This document shows positions 13,481 through 25,777 of a stretch of DNA of 64,000 bases, in pieces. Positions within the stretch are counted from its first letter, which is position 1. Each line of letters starts with the position of its first letter. The translations under genes and the position numbers were made by a program. Source of the stretch: Phyllobates terribilis (taxonomy: Eukaryota); contig NW_027362762.1 in assembly GCF_046119375.1 (NCBI RefSeq), positions 855,662,001 to 855,726,000 of the forward strand. Reading direction: 5' to 3'. The notes below the pieces were generated by a model, which had not been told where the DNA came from, made no database searches, and worked only from the letters and a program-made list of their open reading frames with translations.

Positions 13481-14937
13481 AAATTTTGTTGGAAAAATGA
13501 GAAATCGCTGGTCAACTTTTAACCCTTATAGCTCCATAACAAAAAAATTTTGGTTCCAAAATTGTGCTGATGTAAAGTAAACATGTGGGAAATGTTATTT
13601 ATTAACTATTTTGTGTGACATATCTCTCTGATTTAAGGGCATAAAAATTCATATTTTGAAAATTGCTAAATTTTCAAAATTTCGCCAAATTTCCATTTTT
13701 TCACAAATATACGCAAATAATATCGAAGAAATTTTACCACTATCATGAAGTACAATATCTCACAAAAAAACAGTCTCAGAATCAGGGGGATCTGTTGAAG
13801 CGTTCCAGAGTAATTACCTCATAAAGTGACAGTGGTCAAAATTGTAAAAATTGGCCTGGTCATTAACATGCAAACCACCTTGGGTTGTAAAGAGGTTAAA
13901 TAGAAGGGGCATTAAAAATATGATGTGTAATGGCCACTGTCTTCTTTCCTGATCTCACTGCAGAGCTGTGAGTGGTTATAACTGACACATCTGCAGGTTC
14001 CTGTCAATGCTTCAGCTTCTATCTCAGATCACAGATATCAAGGTAGCATTTTATTCAGCTTCCTATGACCTACATGCCTACATAGACGATTTAGAAAGGT
14101 TCATCCTACTGACAGATTCCCTTTAAACGTAGTCTCCGCACACATAGCCTGATTGACATCTTTTCAGTGTCCCTCCCCCCGTTGATATCTCACACTGCTC
14201 AGTACAAGCTGCAGTTGTCAGTCAGGCTGTGGGGGGTAGGAGGGACGGAGATTGAATAGGCTTGGACTCTAGCTATTTAATTCTCTAGATGGACATCGGA
14301 ATAACAGGATTATATAGTCGTTCTGACATCGGTTGTCAAAGTAAAATCTAAAAGATCTATTTAATAATTTAAATTATAAAATCTGATGGTCAATCCTCTA
14401 AAATCTCAAAATTGCACACAAATCAAGCAGGTGATTGTATAAATACTATATATATATCATTTTATTTATATCAAAAGAATGCAGCAGCACTCCATATGGC
14501 CAAGATACGTCTTAACAATGAAAATAATGAAAATATTAGATCTAAACTGTTTTGCTTAGCAACAAGTACTTACAAACAATGAAGGTTTTTAGCGCATAAA
14601 TTGGCCAATTCATGTGTGCCCATGAACCACGGCAAGGTAACCGCCCCCTGATGGGTAACTACTCTGCCTAACATGCCACTTTTGGGCTACAAGCCTACAA
14701 CTAACTGAAGGCATCAAAACTATGAATTACCCAGGGCTGCTGAAAGAGCCGGGTAAAGCACCTGGAAATGGTGCCATGATGAATGCGCCATTTTTAGGGG
14801 TGGCTGCGAGCTGCGATTTTCAGCGGGGGGGCAAGAACGCTTGAGCCTTACCATGCTGCTAATCCCAGCCCCCAGCTGCCTTGTTTTATCTGGCTGGCGA
14901 TCAACATATGGCGGGAGCTGGGCAATGGGCATGATTA

Positions 14938-17190
14938 TCAAATAATATATACCTGACAGGAGCCCATAGATTCTGCTGGTTCCAATAATATATACCTGAC
15001 AGGAGCCCATAGATTCTACTGCCTCGAATAATATATACCTGACAGGAGCCCATAGATTCTGCTGCCTCCAATAATATATACCTGGTAGGAGCCCATACAT
15101 TCTTCTGGCTCCAATAATATATACCTGACAAGAGCCCATACATTCTGCTGCCTCCAATAATATATATCTGACAGGAACCCATAGATTCTTCTGCCTCCAA
15201 TAATATATACCTGACAGGAACCCATAGATTCTTCTGCCTCCAATAATATATACCTGACAGGAGCCCATGCATTCTCCTGCCTCCAATAATATATACCTGA
15301 CAGGAGCCCATACATTCTGCTGCCTCCAATAATATATACCTGACAGGAGCCCATAGGTTCTGCTGCCTCCAATAATATATACCTGACAGGAGCCCATACA
15401 TTCTGCTGCCTACAATAATATATACCTGGTAAGAGCTCATACATTCTCCTGCCTTCAATAATATATACCTGACAGGAGCCCATACATTCTCCTGCCTCCA
15501 ATAATATATACCTGACAGGAGCCCATACATTCTGCTGGTTCCAATAATATATACCTGACAGGAGCTCATACATTCTCCTGCCTCCAATAATATATACCTG
15601 ACAGGAGCCCATACATTCTGCTGGCTCTAATAATATATACCTGACAGGAGCCCATACATTCTCCGGCCTCCAATAATATATACCTGACAGGAGCTCATAC
15701 ATTCTGCTGCCTCCAATAATATATACCTGACAGGAGCCCATACATTCTCCTGCCTCCAATAATATATACCTGACAGGAGCCCATAGATTCTGCTGCCTCC
15801 AATAATATATACCTGACAGGAGCCCATACATTCTCCTGCCTCCAATAATATATACCTGACAGGAGCCCATACATTCTGCTGCCTCCAATAATATATACTC
15901 CACAGGAGCCCATAGATTCTGCTGCCTCCAATAATATATACCTGACAGGAGCCCATAGATTCTGCTGCCTCCAATAATATATACCTGACAGGAGCCCATA
16001 CATTCTGCTGCCTACAATAATATATACCTGGTAAGAGCTCATACATTCTCCTGCCTCCAATAATATATACCTGGTAAGAGCTCATACATTCTCCTGCCTC
16101 CAATAATATATACCTGACAGGAGCTCATACATTCTGCTGGTTCCAATAATATATACCTGACAGGAGCTCATACATTCTCCTGCCTCCAATAATATATACC
16201 CGACAGGAGCTCATACATTCTCCTGTCTCCAATAATATATACCAGACAGGAGCCCATACATTCTGCTGGCTCTAGTAATATATACCTGACAGGAGCCCAT
16301 ACATTCTCCGGCCTCCAATAATATATACCTGACAGGAGCCCATACATTCTGCTGGCTCTAATAATATATACCTGACAGGAGCCCATACATTCTCCGGCCT
16401 CTAATAATATATACCAGACAGGAGCCCATACATTCTGCTGGCTCTAATAATATATACCTGACAGGAGCCCATACATTCTCCGGCCTCTAATAATATATAC
16501 CAGACAGGAGCCCATACATTCTGCTGGCTCTAATAATATATACCTGACAGGAGCCCATACATTCTCCGGCCTCCAATAATATATACCTGACAGGAGCCCA
16601 TACATTCTGCTGCCTCCAATAATATATACCTGACAGGAGCCCATAGATTCTGCTGCCTCCAATAGTATATACCTGACAGGAGCCCATACATTCTGCTGGC
16701 TCTAATAATATATACCTGACAGGAGCCCATACATTCTCCGGCCTCTAATAATATATACCTGACAGGAGCCCATACATTCTCCGGCCTCCAATAATATATA
16801 CCTGACAGGAGCCCATACATTCTCCTGCCTCCAATAATATATACCTGACAGGAGCCCATACATTCTCCTGCCTCCAATAATATATACCTGACAGGAGCCC
16901 ATACATTCTGCTGGCTCTAATAATATATACCTGACAGGAGCCCATACATTCTCCGGCCTCCAATAATATATACCTGACAGGAGCTCATACATTCTGCTGC
17001 GTCCAATAATATATACCTGACAGGAGCCCATACATTCTCCTGCCTCCAATAATATATACCTGACAGAAGCCCATACATTCTCCTGCCTCCAATAATATAT
17101 ACCTGACAGGACCCGTAGATTCTGCTGCCTCCAATAATATATACCTGTCAGGAGCCCATAGATTCTGCTGCCTCCAATAATATATACTTG
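14938..17190 (+). repeat. Minisatellite, 43-bp unit, about 52 copies
   Basis: Head-to-tail unit AATAATATATACCTGACAGGAGCCCATACATTCTGCTGCCTCC with no spacers. The 43-aa-periodic minus-strand ORFs arise from three units (129 bp) cycling through the frames. Confidence 0.97.
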
Positions 17191-18611
17191 ACAGGAGCCC
17201 ATACTGTATATATATTATATATAAATCATGATATACTGTATTAATAAAACACAACTTTTTAAACTTTTGCATGTCTGCTCACACTACACAAATAAAGACA
17301 GTATATAACTATACAACTGTACATGGGATAGGATGGCTATTTAACGCAATCCATTCCACACCTCTACTAAAACCTCTTGACCCACAATATAGCTAACACA
17401 TAATAAACAATTTCTCGAGAGTATTTACAGTTTCTAGAAAATCTTTACGTTCATTTCTGCCTTATAAACTCGCATAAACAAGAAAATATATTGAACTGAG
17501 CAAAGCGATACAAAATCCCACTGTGGGAATAGGGGATTTAATGTAATAGGATTGCCAGGGAGGCTGTTTTTGCAGAATCCAACTATATATTGTTCTATTG
17601 AAGCTTGTAAATAACAATGTTAGATGCATGTGCAACATAAGTTGGGGTACAGACAGACTTTTATTTTTCAACCTTGGATGAATTTTTGAATGTGGAGGAG
17701 TTCAATACATTAACCACGTAGTGATTGGCTGATTTTTTGGTTTTTGGGGTTTTGTTGTTTCCCCATATCTAGGCTTCTGGGATTCATAGAAGGACCAACA
17801 ATGACAGCATTGGTTGGCCTCCTGCTTGCTGCTGTATCATGGGGATGGTTGGGGTGCACAGTCAGTGATTAACAGTGGCATTTAAATGGGTAGCACTGAT
17901 CAGAGCTAGTTCACTGACATATTTCTTACTATGGACTGGCACTGGCTCGTAAATGCTCTCATCAGCATCGCCTGCAGGTGACCCTGATAACAGTAGTAGT
18001 CATCTGCTGATGCCTGACTGGCAGTAACTTTTTCACCGCCGGTCACAACTGCTGGCTCACACGCTGTCCTCTGTGGGAAGCATGGGAACCTACAGTGGTC
18101 TGGGATACCCAGCGGCTGTGACCGGCAATGACCTCAGTAAGGTTACCGCCAGTTAGAGCCAATTTTTCCCACGCTGTCACCCAGAGGACAGCTTGGGAAC
18201 CACCGGATGTTCGAGCCCACCATACACTTGAATGGGGTTCCGGTTTGGGATCAAGTTTTTTTTATAAATGACCCAAACATCCCTAGCTATAACCTCTTTG
18301 CTGTGTTTTTTTGGGGGGACTTTTGCACTTTCTCATTGCTTTTTAAGGATGAAAATATGCTGGAAAAACGCTGAAATGCTGCAGATTTATAAAAAGGCTG
18401 CAGTTCTCAAATTCAGTCAGGGAAAAAAAAAGTGTGTTCATGAGATTTCTGAAATCTCATATTTTGCTTGTACTGCTTCTTTTCTGCAGAAAAAAAAACG
18501 CAGAAAAAAAACGACGTATGTAAACATTGCCTTGAGGTGTCCAGACAAGACAAAAAGAATGTTTTAATCGTCCAGTTAGAGGGAAAAAAAAAGGAAAAAT
18601 TCCTACTTTAA

Positions 18612-19440
18612 GGCTGTGTTCACACGATGCGTATTTCATGCGTTTCCGCGGCGTTTTTGCAGTTGCGTAAACGCCGCGGAAACGCATGAAAAACGCATGG
18701 TAGAAGGGAAGCAATGTTCCCCAATGGAAATCCGCATGTGCTGTGCCCATGATGCGGATTTTTCCGCAGCGTTAACGCTGCGGTCAAAAATCCGCAGCAT
18801 GTCAATTAATTTTGCGGAAACGCGGCGATTTCGCCGCCATTGACTTGCATTAGAACGCGCCAATTCCGCAAGACAGCATTTGTACTTGCGTAATTGGTGC
18901 GTTCTAATGTGCGGATGGTACCCGGGTGTGGAGGAGAGGAGAGTCTCATCCACACCCAGGTACCATTAAAAAAGCTGTAAAAAGAAGAATAAAATAAAAA
19001 ATAAATGTATTCTTACCTTCTGTCGGCCCGCGCACCGCTCCTTCTTGGTTCCCGGCACTTGCAGTGAGTTGTAGGACCTGCGGTGACGTCAGAGTCATGT
19101 GACGGGTCACGTGACGCTGACGTCGGCAGGTCTTTCAATTCAAAGTTGCCGGCAGCCGGGAGAACGGAGTGAGCGGGACAGCGCGGGCCATCGGAGGTAA
19201 GTATATACACTCTCTCTGGTCACACTATATAAATCCATGCTGTTTGCATGGATTTATATAGTGTGACCTAGTTATCAAGCACTTTCCAGGTGATGCTAAC
19301 ATCGCCTGGAAAGCGCTTGTCAATCTGCATGCGGAAACGCATGTGAATCTGCATGTGGATCCGCATGTATTCTGCAGGAAAAACGCATGCACAATCTGCA
19401 TGCGTTTTTTCTGCCAGGGAGATGCAGAAATGATGCATGC
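18612..19440. mobile_element. Harbinger-type MITE (inverted relative to 23195-24054), truncated at the Tc1 junction
   Basis: TAA then GGCTGTGTTCACACGATGC terminus; body is the reverse complement of the 9610-10401 and 23195-24054 copies. Confidence 0.75.
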
Positions 19441-20127
19441 TGTATGGGAGAGTGATGCGAAAGAAGCCGTTTCTGCAAGCACGCAACAAACAGTCGGCTG
19501 AGGTATGCAAAAGCACATTTGGAGAAGCCAATTTCTTTTTGGAAGAAGGTCCTGTGGACTGATGAAACCAAGATTGAGTTGTTTGGTCATACAAAAAGGC
19601 GTTATGCATGGTGGCAAAAACTCACAGCATTCCAAGAAAAACACTTGCTACCCACAGTAAAATTTGGTGGAGGTTCCATCATGCTTTGGGGCTGTGTGGC
19701 CAATGCCGACACCGGGAATCTTGTTAAAGTTGAGGGACGCATGGATTCCACTCAGTATCAGCAGATTCTTGACAATAATGTTCAAGAATCAGTGATAAAG
19801 TTGAAGTTACGCAGGGGATGGATCTTTCAGCAAGACAATGATCCAAAACACGGCTCCAAATCTACTCAGGCATTCATGCAGAGGAACAATTACAATGTTC
19901 TGGAATGGCCATCCCAGTCCCCAGACCTGAATATCATTGAACATCTGTGGGATCATTTGAAGAGGGCTGTCCATGCTCGGCGACCATCAAACTTAACTGA
20001 ACTGGAATTGTTTTGTAAAGAGGAATGGTCAAAAATACCTTCATCCAGGATCCAGGAACTCATTAAAAGCTACAGGAAGCGACTAGAGGCTGTTATTTTT
20101 GCAAAACAAGGATCTACTAAATATTAA
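19440..20127 (+). pseudogene. Tc1 DD34E transposase, C-terminal part (5'-truncated, frameshift near 19495)
   Basis: WTDETKIE, GGSIMLWGC, FQQDNDPKH, WPSQSPDLNIIEHLW motifs in the 202-aa ORF 19519-20127; upstream LYGRVMRKKPFL lies in another frame. Confidence 0.9.
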
Positions 20128-20355
20128 TGTCACTTTTCTGGTGAGGTGCCCATACTTATGCACCTGTCAAATTTTGTTTGAATGCAGATTGCACATTTTC
20201 TGTTAGTACAATAAACCTCATTTCAAGGCAGAAACATTACTGTGTCCAACAGTTATTACATATATCAAACTGAAATAGCTGTTGCAAAAACACCAATTTT
20301 TATAAAACATTAAGCTTCAGATTAATAGGGGTGCCCAAACTTTTTCATATAACTG
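19440..20355 (+). mobile_element. Tc1 transposon, 3' half
   Basis: Transposase remnant followed by a terminus ...CAAACTTTTTCATATAACTG and TA; the 5' half is missing. Confidence 0.85.
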
Positions 20356-20827
20356 TACATATGTGGTCCCCTGGGATGTGATAAGATATACTTCTGCTTC
20401 TATTAACAGCTTTTTTGAACCCAGGGAAAATATTAGGCACGAGCAGAGATGAATGATAATCCAACAGGAGAATGGAAAAAATCTTCAGGCACCACTGTGT
20501 GATATTTATATTGTTGAACACCAGCACTGGTAACGGACAATAATGGTGGTGCAAAGGCTAAAGTATGGCATCTATGCAACAATTGGAAACATGAATAGCA
20601 ACACTCACCAAGTCCTTTGGCTATATATATTTAATTTTAGTCTACAGAATATAATCGGTGATAAAGCGAAAATCTACTGGAGGGCTACCTACCTCTATGG
20701 GGCTTAGTCAGGGGCCAGGCAGAGGAGCTACTGGGTCCCCATACAAAGCGGTAACAGGACCTCCTATAGAACGTACCATTTTTTAATAAAAATATGTTTT
20801 AATAGCCTTTACAGCAAAGCCTTAAAT

Positions 20828-21240
20828 ACTGTATTTTTCTGACTATAAGACGCACCGAACCATAAGACGCACCCCAAGTTTAGAGGAAAATAGGAAAAAA
20901 AATTAACCTGTCATTAGGATCAGGCATGTCAGGGGTTAAAGGTGCATCTTATAGTCCGAATGTAGCTTACCGGGGGTAATGGGGAGCAGCGGCAGTGGAG
21001 CAGGGTCACATTTACGTCATTTAACAGCAGGAGTGAGGCGATGCTGCGGGCCCTGGGCTAGGAGGGAGGGGTGTCCCGGCGGTGTGAGACAGGAGCAGAG
21101 TCCCTGCTGTGCACATTAATCTCCCAGCGGTCTTCAGTAAAATGGCGCAATAGGCGGCGCATGCGCAGATTGAGATCTCACATTGAGCCGAAATCTAGAT
21201 CTGCGCATTCGGCGCCATTTTAATGAAGCCCACCGCGAGG
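20828..21240. mobile_element. Non-autonomous Tc1/mariner-superfamily (Tc2/pogo-like) fragment
   Basis: TACTGTATTTTTCTGACTATAAGACGCACC start, repeated ATAAGACGCACC, and the inverted GGTGCATCTTATAGTCCGAA at about 20940. Family call is from memory only. Confidence 0.4.
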
Positions 21241-22274
21241 TCATCCCTTCTTGTCTCCTCTCCTCACGTGACGATCTAATAAGGTTGCCATTTTTACACA
21301 TACCAGTGGTGAGCATGCTTTTCTTCATTTTCATCCTTTTGTTTTACATTGTGCAATACTTTCTGTAAGCTGTGCACCTCTAAAACTGGTTACCTGATAT
21401 TTGCTTCCGGACTAATGCTACAAAAGTGTTGCAGCAGTGCCAACGCTCTTGCCTCTGTTTTCTTTTCTTTTTATGAATTTCTGAAAAAATTGGTAAAAAT
21501 GATTCTTCCATCGTATCCTATTGACCAGTAAGACAATAAAACGATGAAACAGGCCAAATCTATTTTACCATTCAGATGCTATAAACAATCCGCTCACAGA
21601 TGTTATTTCCCAGGGAAGAGAATTTAATCAGATTTTGCACGTACTCTGCTAAAATTAAAGTAAACCCTGTGATTCAAATTACATAAATTTTGAAAAAAAT
21701 TCTTATAATTTCATATTTTGGAAGTATTTATTTGTGCTTATGAATGTCTGACATGACTATACATTTTACACCTTTTATAGAATTAGATGGCAAATATTAT
21801 TTTTTGTGGTATGGATGTCAACAATATTTTTTCAACCGCAAATAACACTTTGTTAATGAATAATGTATCACTGGAATAATGCAGTGACGTGTCATACTTG
21901 AAACAAAGTAGCATTGTGCATATTCTAGAGTCTTTTCAATATGCTATCATGGTGTTGCTCATCAATAACTGATTATTGGACTTTCAATAGTTTTGTTTTG
22001 TAGTCATGCTTTAAGGTTATGTGCACAAAGAGTTTTTGAGGAACTTACAGAGCATGTCCACTAAAAAATGACTGAAAAATTGCTTAAAATAATTAATGCT
22101 TGAAAGACTCTTCCTATTCATTTCTATTGTAAAACCAGTTTGCTGTTCATATTTTCAGTGTTTTGAGTGTTTTTTTTTTTATGCTTCAGGTTTTGAAAAA
22201 TGACTGTTAAAAAAAGTACTTATCACACACAGTGACCGAAGACTTATCATTTAGGACCGGACAACCCCTTTAAT

Positions 22275-22640
22275 ACCCAGGCACTGTGCACTGGGAGGAT
22301 TCGCCGGTTTCTGAGCTGGGAACGGTGGTGATGCTTGTGTTATACATACTCCCGGATAGAGCCCATCCAGTGGGCGTGGCCTCGCTCCATACACTTGTAT
22401 AGGGCGAGGCTGCAGTCGTCAAGTGGGCGTGGCTGACTAGTGGACGTGGTCTCGCTACATATAAGTGTGTGGAACAAGGTAGTTGGATCCAAAATGGTCG
22501 ACTTCAAAATGGCCACCATGGTCACCACCCATCTGGAAAAGTTTTCCCCCTCCCATATACTAATGTGCCACAAACAGGAAGTTGATATCACCAACCATTC
22601 CCATTTAATTTAGGTGTATCCATATAAATGGCCCACCCTG
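22275..22640 (-). mobile_element. Mariner/Tc1-type element end fragment
   Basis: Minus strand reads TA then CAGGGTGGGCCATTTATATGGATACACC..., a terminus resembling vertebrate mariner-like elements. Confidence 0.5.
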
Positions 22641-23194
22641 TACAATAGGCCACATCACATCTTTCATAAAATGTGACATTACAGCCTATGCAATCATGAA
22701 GTTATTATATGTACCAGCAGTAAAAAGATAACAGTTTCATAACAGGAGATAATGTTGCACAATCCCTTTAAGTATCCTTCCAAAAGTGACTTCACAGCAA
22801 TATTACTTGGAAGATAAATTGACTGTTACTTGGCTCTTTTATCTGTTTGCTACATTTTTATCACGGACATAAAATGCTTCTGTCACTATAACTGTATGAA
22901 TATGTTCTTTTTCAAAATATATAACATATAAGAATTAAGATTAGAAAAGTTGGCAAAAATAATGATTGTTTCCTTGACCTCGTCTGCATTTAGTATTGAG
23001 AAGAAAAGAAGTATTTTGCATTACTTACCTTGCCCTGATTCTAAGTCACAGCTTTATTATAGCCCAGAGCTGTATTCACAATTTTTTTAAGCAGTTATTA
23101 AGTTTGTTGTCAGTAAAGTTAAAGGGATTTTCAGGTTTCAGTAAACTATTTTCTCCAGGTGCAGTTCACTGTTAATAAACAAAATTGTGCTTTA

Positions 23195-24054
23195 GGCTAT
23201 GTGCCCACGATGCAGAAATGCTCCAGATTTTTTCCTGAGCGTTTCTGCATCTCCCTGGCTGAAAAAACCCATGCGGATTGTACATGCGTTTTTCCTGCCA
23301 GGGACATGCGGAAGTGAAGCATTCTTCACATGCATTTCCGCAGGTTGTCAAGCACTTTCCAAGCGATTTTAGCATCACTTGGAAAGTGCTTAACAACTTG
23401 GTCACACTATATAAATCCATGCAAACGGCATGGATTTATATAGTGTGACCGAAAGAATGGTAAAAAATAAAAAAATAAATCTATACTTACCTTCCGATGG
23501 CCTCCGCAGTCTTGCTTCGCTCCGTCCTGGCTTGCCGGCAGCTCGCGGTACACTACACTGAAGGACCTGCCGTCACATGACTAAATGACGTCAGCGCAGG
23601 TTCTTCAGTCCACCGCGATCTGCCGGCAAGGAAAGACAAGCGCACCGCAGGCCATCAGAAGGTAAATATAATATTTATTTTTCATTTTATTCTTCTTTTT
23701 TACAGGTACTATGGTACCCGGGTCCGAAGGAGAGTCTCCTCTCCTCCACACCCGGGTACCATCCGCACATTGAAACGTTTGGATTCTGCATGTACAGATC
23801 CAGTGATGCGGAATCCAAGCGATTCAATGCAAGTCAATGGCGGCGAAAACGCAGCGCTTCCGCAAAATAATTGGTAGTGCTGCGTATTTTTCCGCAATGA
23901 TAACCCGCAGCAGAAATTTCCGCAGCATGTGCACAGCACATGCGGATTATCTTTGGGGAACATGGCAGGCCTTCTACCAGGCGTTTTTTAAGCGTTTCTG
24001 CAGCGTTTTTGCCGCTGCGGAAATGCTTAAAAAACGCATCGTGGGCACGCAGCC
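23195..24054. mobile_element. Complete PIF/Harbinger-type MITE (860 bp)
   Basis: TIRs GGCTATGTGCCCACGATGC / GCATCGTGGGCACGCAGCC; TTA TSD on both sides. Confidence 0.88.
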
Positions 24055-24507
24055 TTACTTGGCCTACTCGGATGCAGCACTTTGCCTTCACTGCTGCTCT
24101 TGTCTCTGTTGTTTGTCCTTAGCATTGATGTCACATTGACAGAGCTGCAGCCAATCACTGAGCTTAGCAGTTCTGGTGATGTAGACGACATAACCAGCTG
24201 AATTCAACGATTGGCTGCAGCACTGTCAATGTGACATCTGCATTGCCAACAGAGACAAGATCAGCAACAGAGGAGAGACAGTGATGGACCAAGGCAGTCT
24301 GATTGCTTTTATACTGAATTGTACCTGAGGACAATAGTTTCTGAAAACCAGAAAACCCCTTTAAAGGGGCTCTGTCACCAGGTTTTTCTATCTCTTCTGA
24401 TAGCAGCATGATGTAGGGAAAGAGACCCTGAATCCAACGATATATCACTTAGTTTACTGCATGCAGCAGTTCTGATACATCTATAGCAGAGAAAACTCTG
24501 ATTCTAA

Positions 24508-25116
24508 TGTAAGGTGCCCCAGCGAGGTAGTCGTGGGCGAGCTGTAGCCCCCTCTCGCTCTGGCACCCTACAGACAATTTGTGTCCTCCCTCTGATGTGT
24601 GGCTGTGTATGTGGTGCTCTCCACTTACTTCAAACCATCCGATCGCGGCTGTCTCCAGGCATTTCTCTTCTGGGACCAGGGCAGCAATAAATTCAGAGGA
24701 CACGAGGTTCTTAACCAGAACTTGAACTTTACTTGGGGAAGAGGAATATGTACAATATTTACAGGCAGATATAATGGATAAGGCCCGACAGGTTATTATC
24801 TCTCTCACAGGCGCTGGCAACATCTTCAGCCCTGGTTCCCTCTTTAAGTGAAGCATCTCTGTGACTCTAATCTCTAGCCCAAGAGACTCTTCTGCAATAC
24901 CAACAGTGATCTGGATCCGATCTCTCCCCCACGTCTTAGCCTGGAGTCCTATTTATCTTCCTCTGCTTCCTGCAGACTAGAAGTGCCCCGGGTCCTCAAT
25001 ATTTCCTTTGAGTTTCTCCGGCCAGCTAACAGGACTCTTGCTCTTGTGTAGGGAGACTTTCACACTGGTGATCCCACTGTCTGAGGGTATGGAGCTCCCG
25101 TCTACCCTAGCAGCCA
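24508..25116 (-). repeat. 3' LTR lacking its first 415 bp
   Basis: Identity with the 5' LTR stops abruptly after CTACCCTAGCAGCCA (25116 vs 26910). Confidence 0.85.
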
Positions 25117-25777
25117 GGAATCCGTACCCCTCACAGATGTGGAACTCAAGGACTCGTCCCCGAGTCTGGGAAGCCTCCACCGACTCTCTCCGCGCCGCGT
25201 TGGACCCTTCCAGCCAGCCTCTCAGGAAGGTGTCAGTCCATCGCCGCTGCTCCCAGGGCGTCATTGGGGGATTTCGGGTAGTCCACCTCAGACTTCCGAG
25301 CTCAGCGTAGCGCTTCGCCGAGGGGTTGTTCAGGGCCTCTAGCGCCACCTGCCAGAAGTTCTCTTGCGGGGCCCTCTTTCTGGGAGGCCTCGCCTCCGCA
25401 CCACCCCTTTCAGGCCTAGGGGCCCCTGTCGCCGCGGAAGCTGTCGCGGCAGGCGGAACCGGCCACTGGGGTATAGGCTGCTCACCTCCATCAAGCCCCG
25501 CTGCAGTTGTTGCTCCGGCCCCACCGGGATGTTTCCCACCCTCTGGCCGAGGGGGACATGTCTTCCGGCATCCGGCTCCAGCACCACATACGGAACTCGT
25601 GGACGAGCAGGCCCAGCTCCGGATCGGGCCTAGTGGACCACTGGACAGCCACTGGGGGCAAAGACTCACGGGCAGCATCCGCGAGCGACTTTCGATTGCA
25701 GCCCCTGGGGTACTCAGCTCTAGGATTTCTTCCTCGGCGCTCATTCCGGACAGGTCATCCGATCCTCCGGTTGCCAT
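24977..25777 (-). CDS. LTR-element ORF1 (Pro/Gly/Ala-rich, ending in a cold-shock-domain-like motif), truncated by deletion and fused to LTR sequence
   Basis: Likely start AAGATGG (MATGGSDD...) within the 557-aa track ORF 24977-26650; GRVLEFHICEGYGFL at 25115-25159; residues after 25116 are read from the 3' LTR. Confidence 0.55.
   Translation of the reverse strand: MATGGSDDLSGMSAEEEILELSTPGAAIESRSRMLPVSLCPQWLSSGPLGPIRSWACSSTSSVCGAGAGCRKTCPPRPEGGKHPGGAGATTAAGLDGGEQPIPQWPVPPAATASAATGAPRPERGGAEARPPRKRAPQENFWQVALEALNNPSAKRYAELGSLRWTTRNPPMTPWEQRRWTDTFLRGWLEGSNAARRESVEASQTRGRVLEFHICEGYGFLAARVDGSSIPSDSGITSVKVSLHKSKSPVSWPEKLKGNIEDPGHF

Larger units (their letters stand above)
10612..13895. mobile_element. 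Non-autonomous piggyBac-like element (3.3 kb)
   Basis: TTAA target on both sides (10608-10611 and 13896-13899); termini CCCCTTTA...TAAAGAGG; no transposase ORF. Confidence 0.75.
10405..14122. mobile_element. T2/Kolobok-type MITE split by a piggyBac-like insertion
   Basis: Inverted ends AATCTGTCAGTAGG (about 10409) and CCTACTGACAGATTCCCT followed by TTAA (14123-14126); the two halves read continuously across the TTAA site at 10608/13896. Confidence 0.7.

Noticed and set aside
14938-17190. CRISPR-like regular repeats (also 56568-57833)
   Set aside because: Units are head-to-tail with no unique spacers, there are no cas genes, and the context is eukaryotic.
14720-17272. Many long minus-strand ORFs (up to 327 aa) with a 43-aa period
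   Set aside because: They are an artefact of a 43-bp tandem unit (three units = 129 bp), appear in all three frames and have scattered stops.
17771-17890. Good acceptor followed by an open frame
   Set aside because: The sequence resembles a DNA-element fragment, all frames close before a convincing donor, and there is no partner exon.
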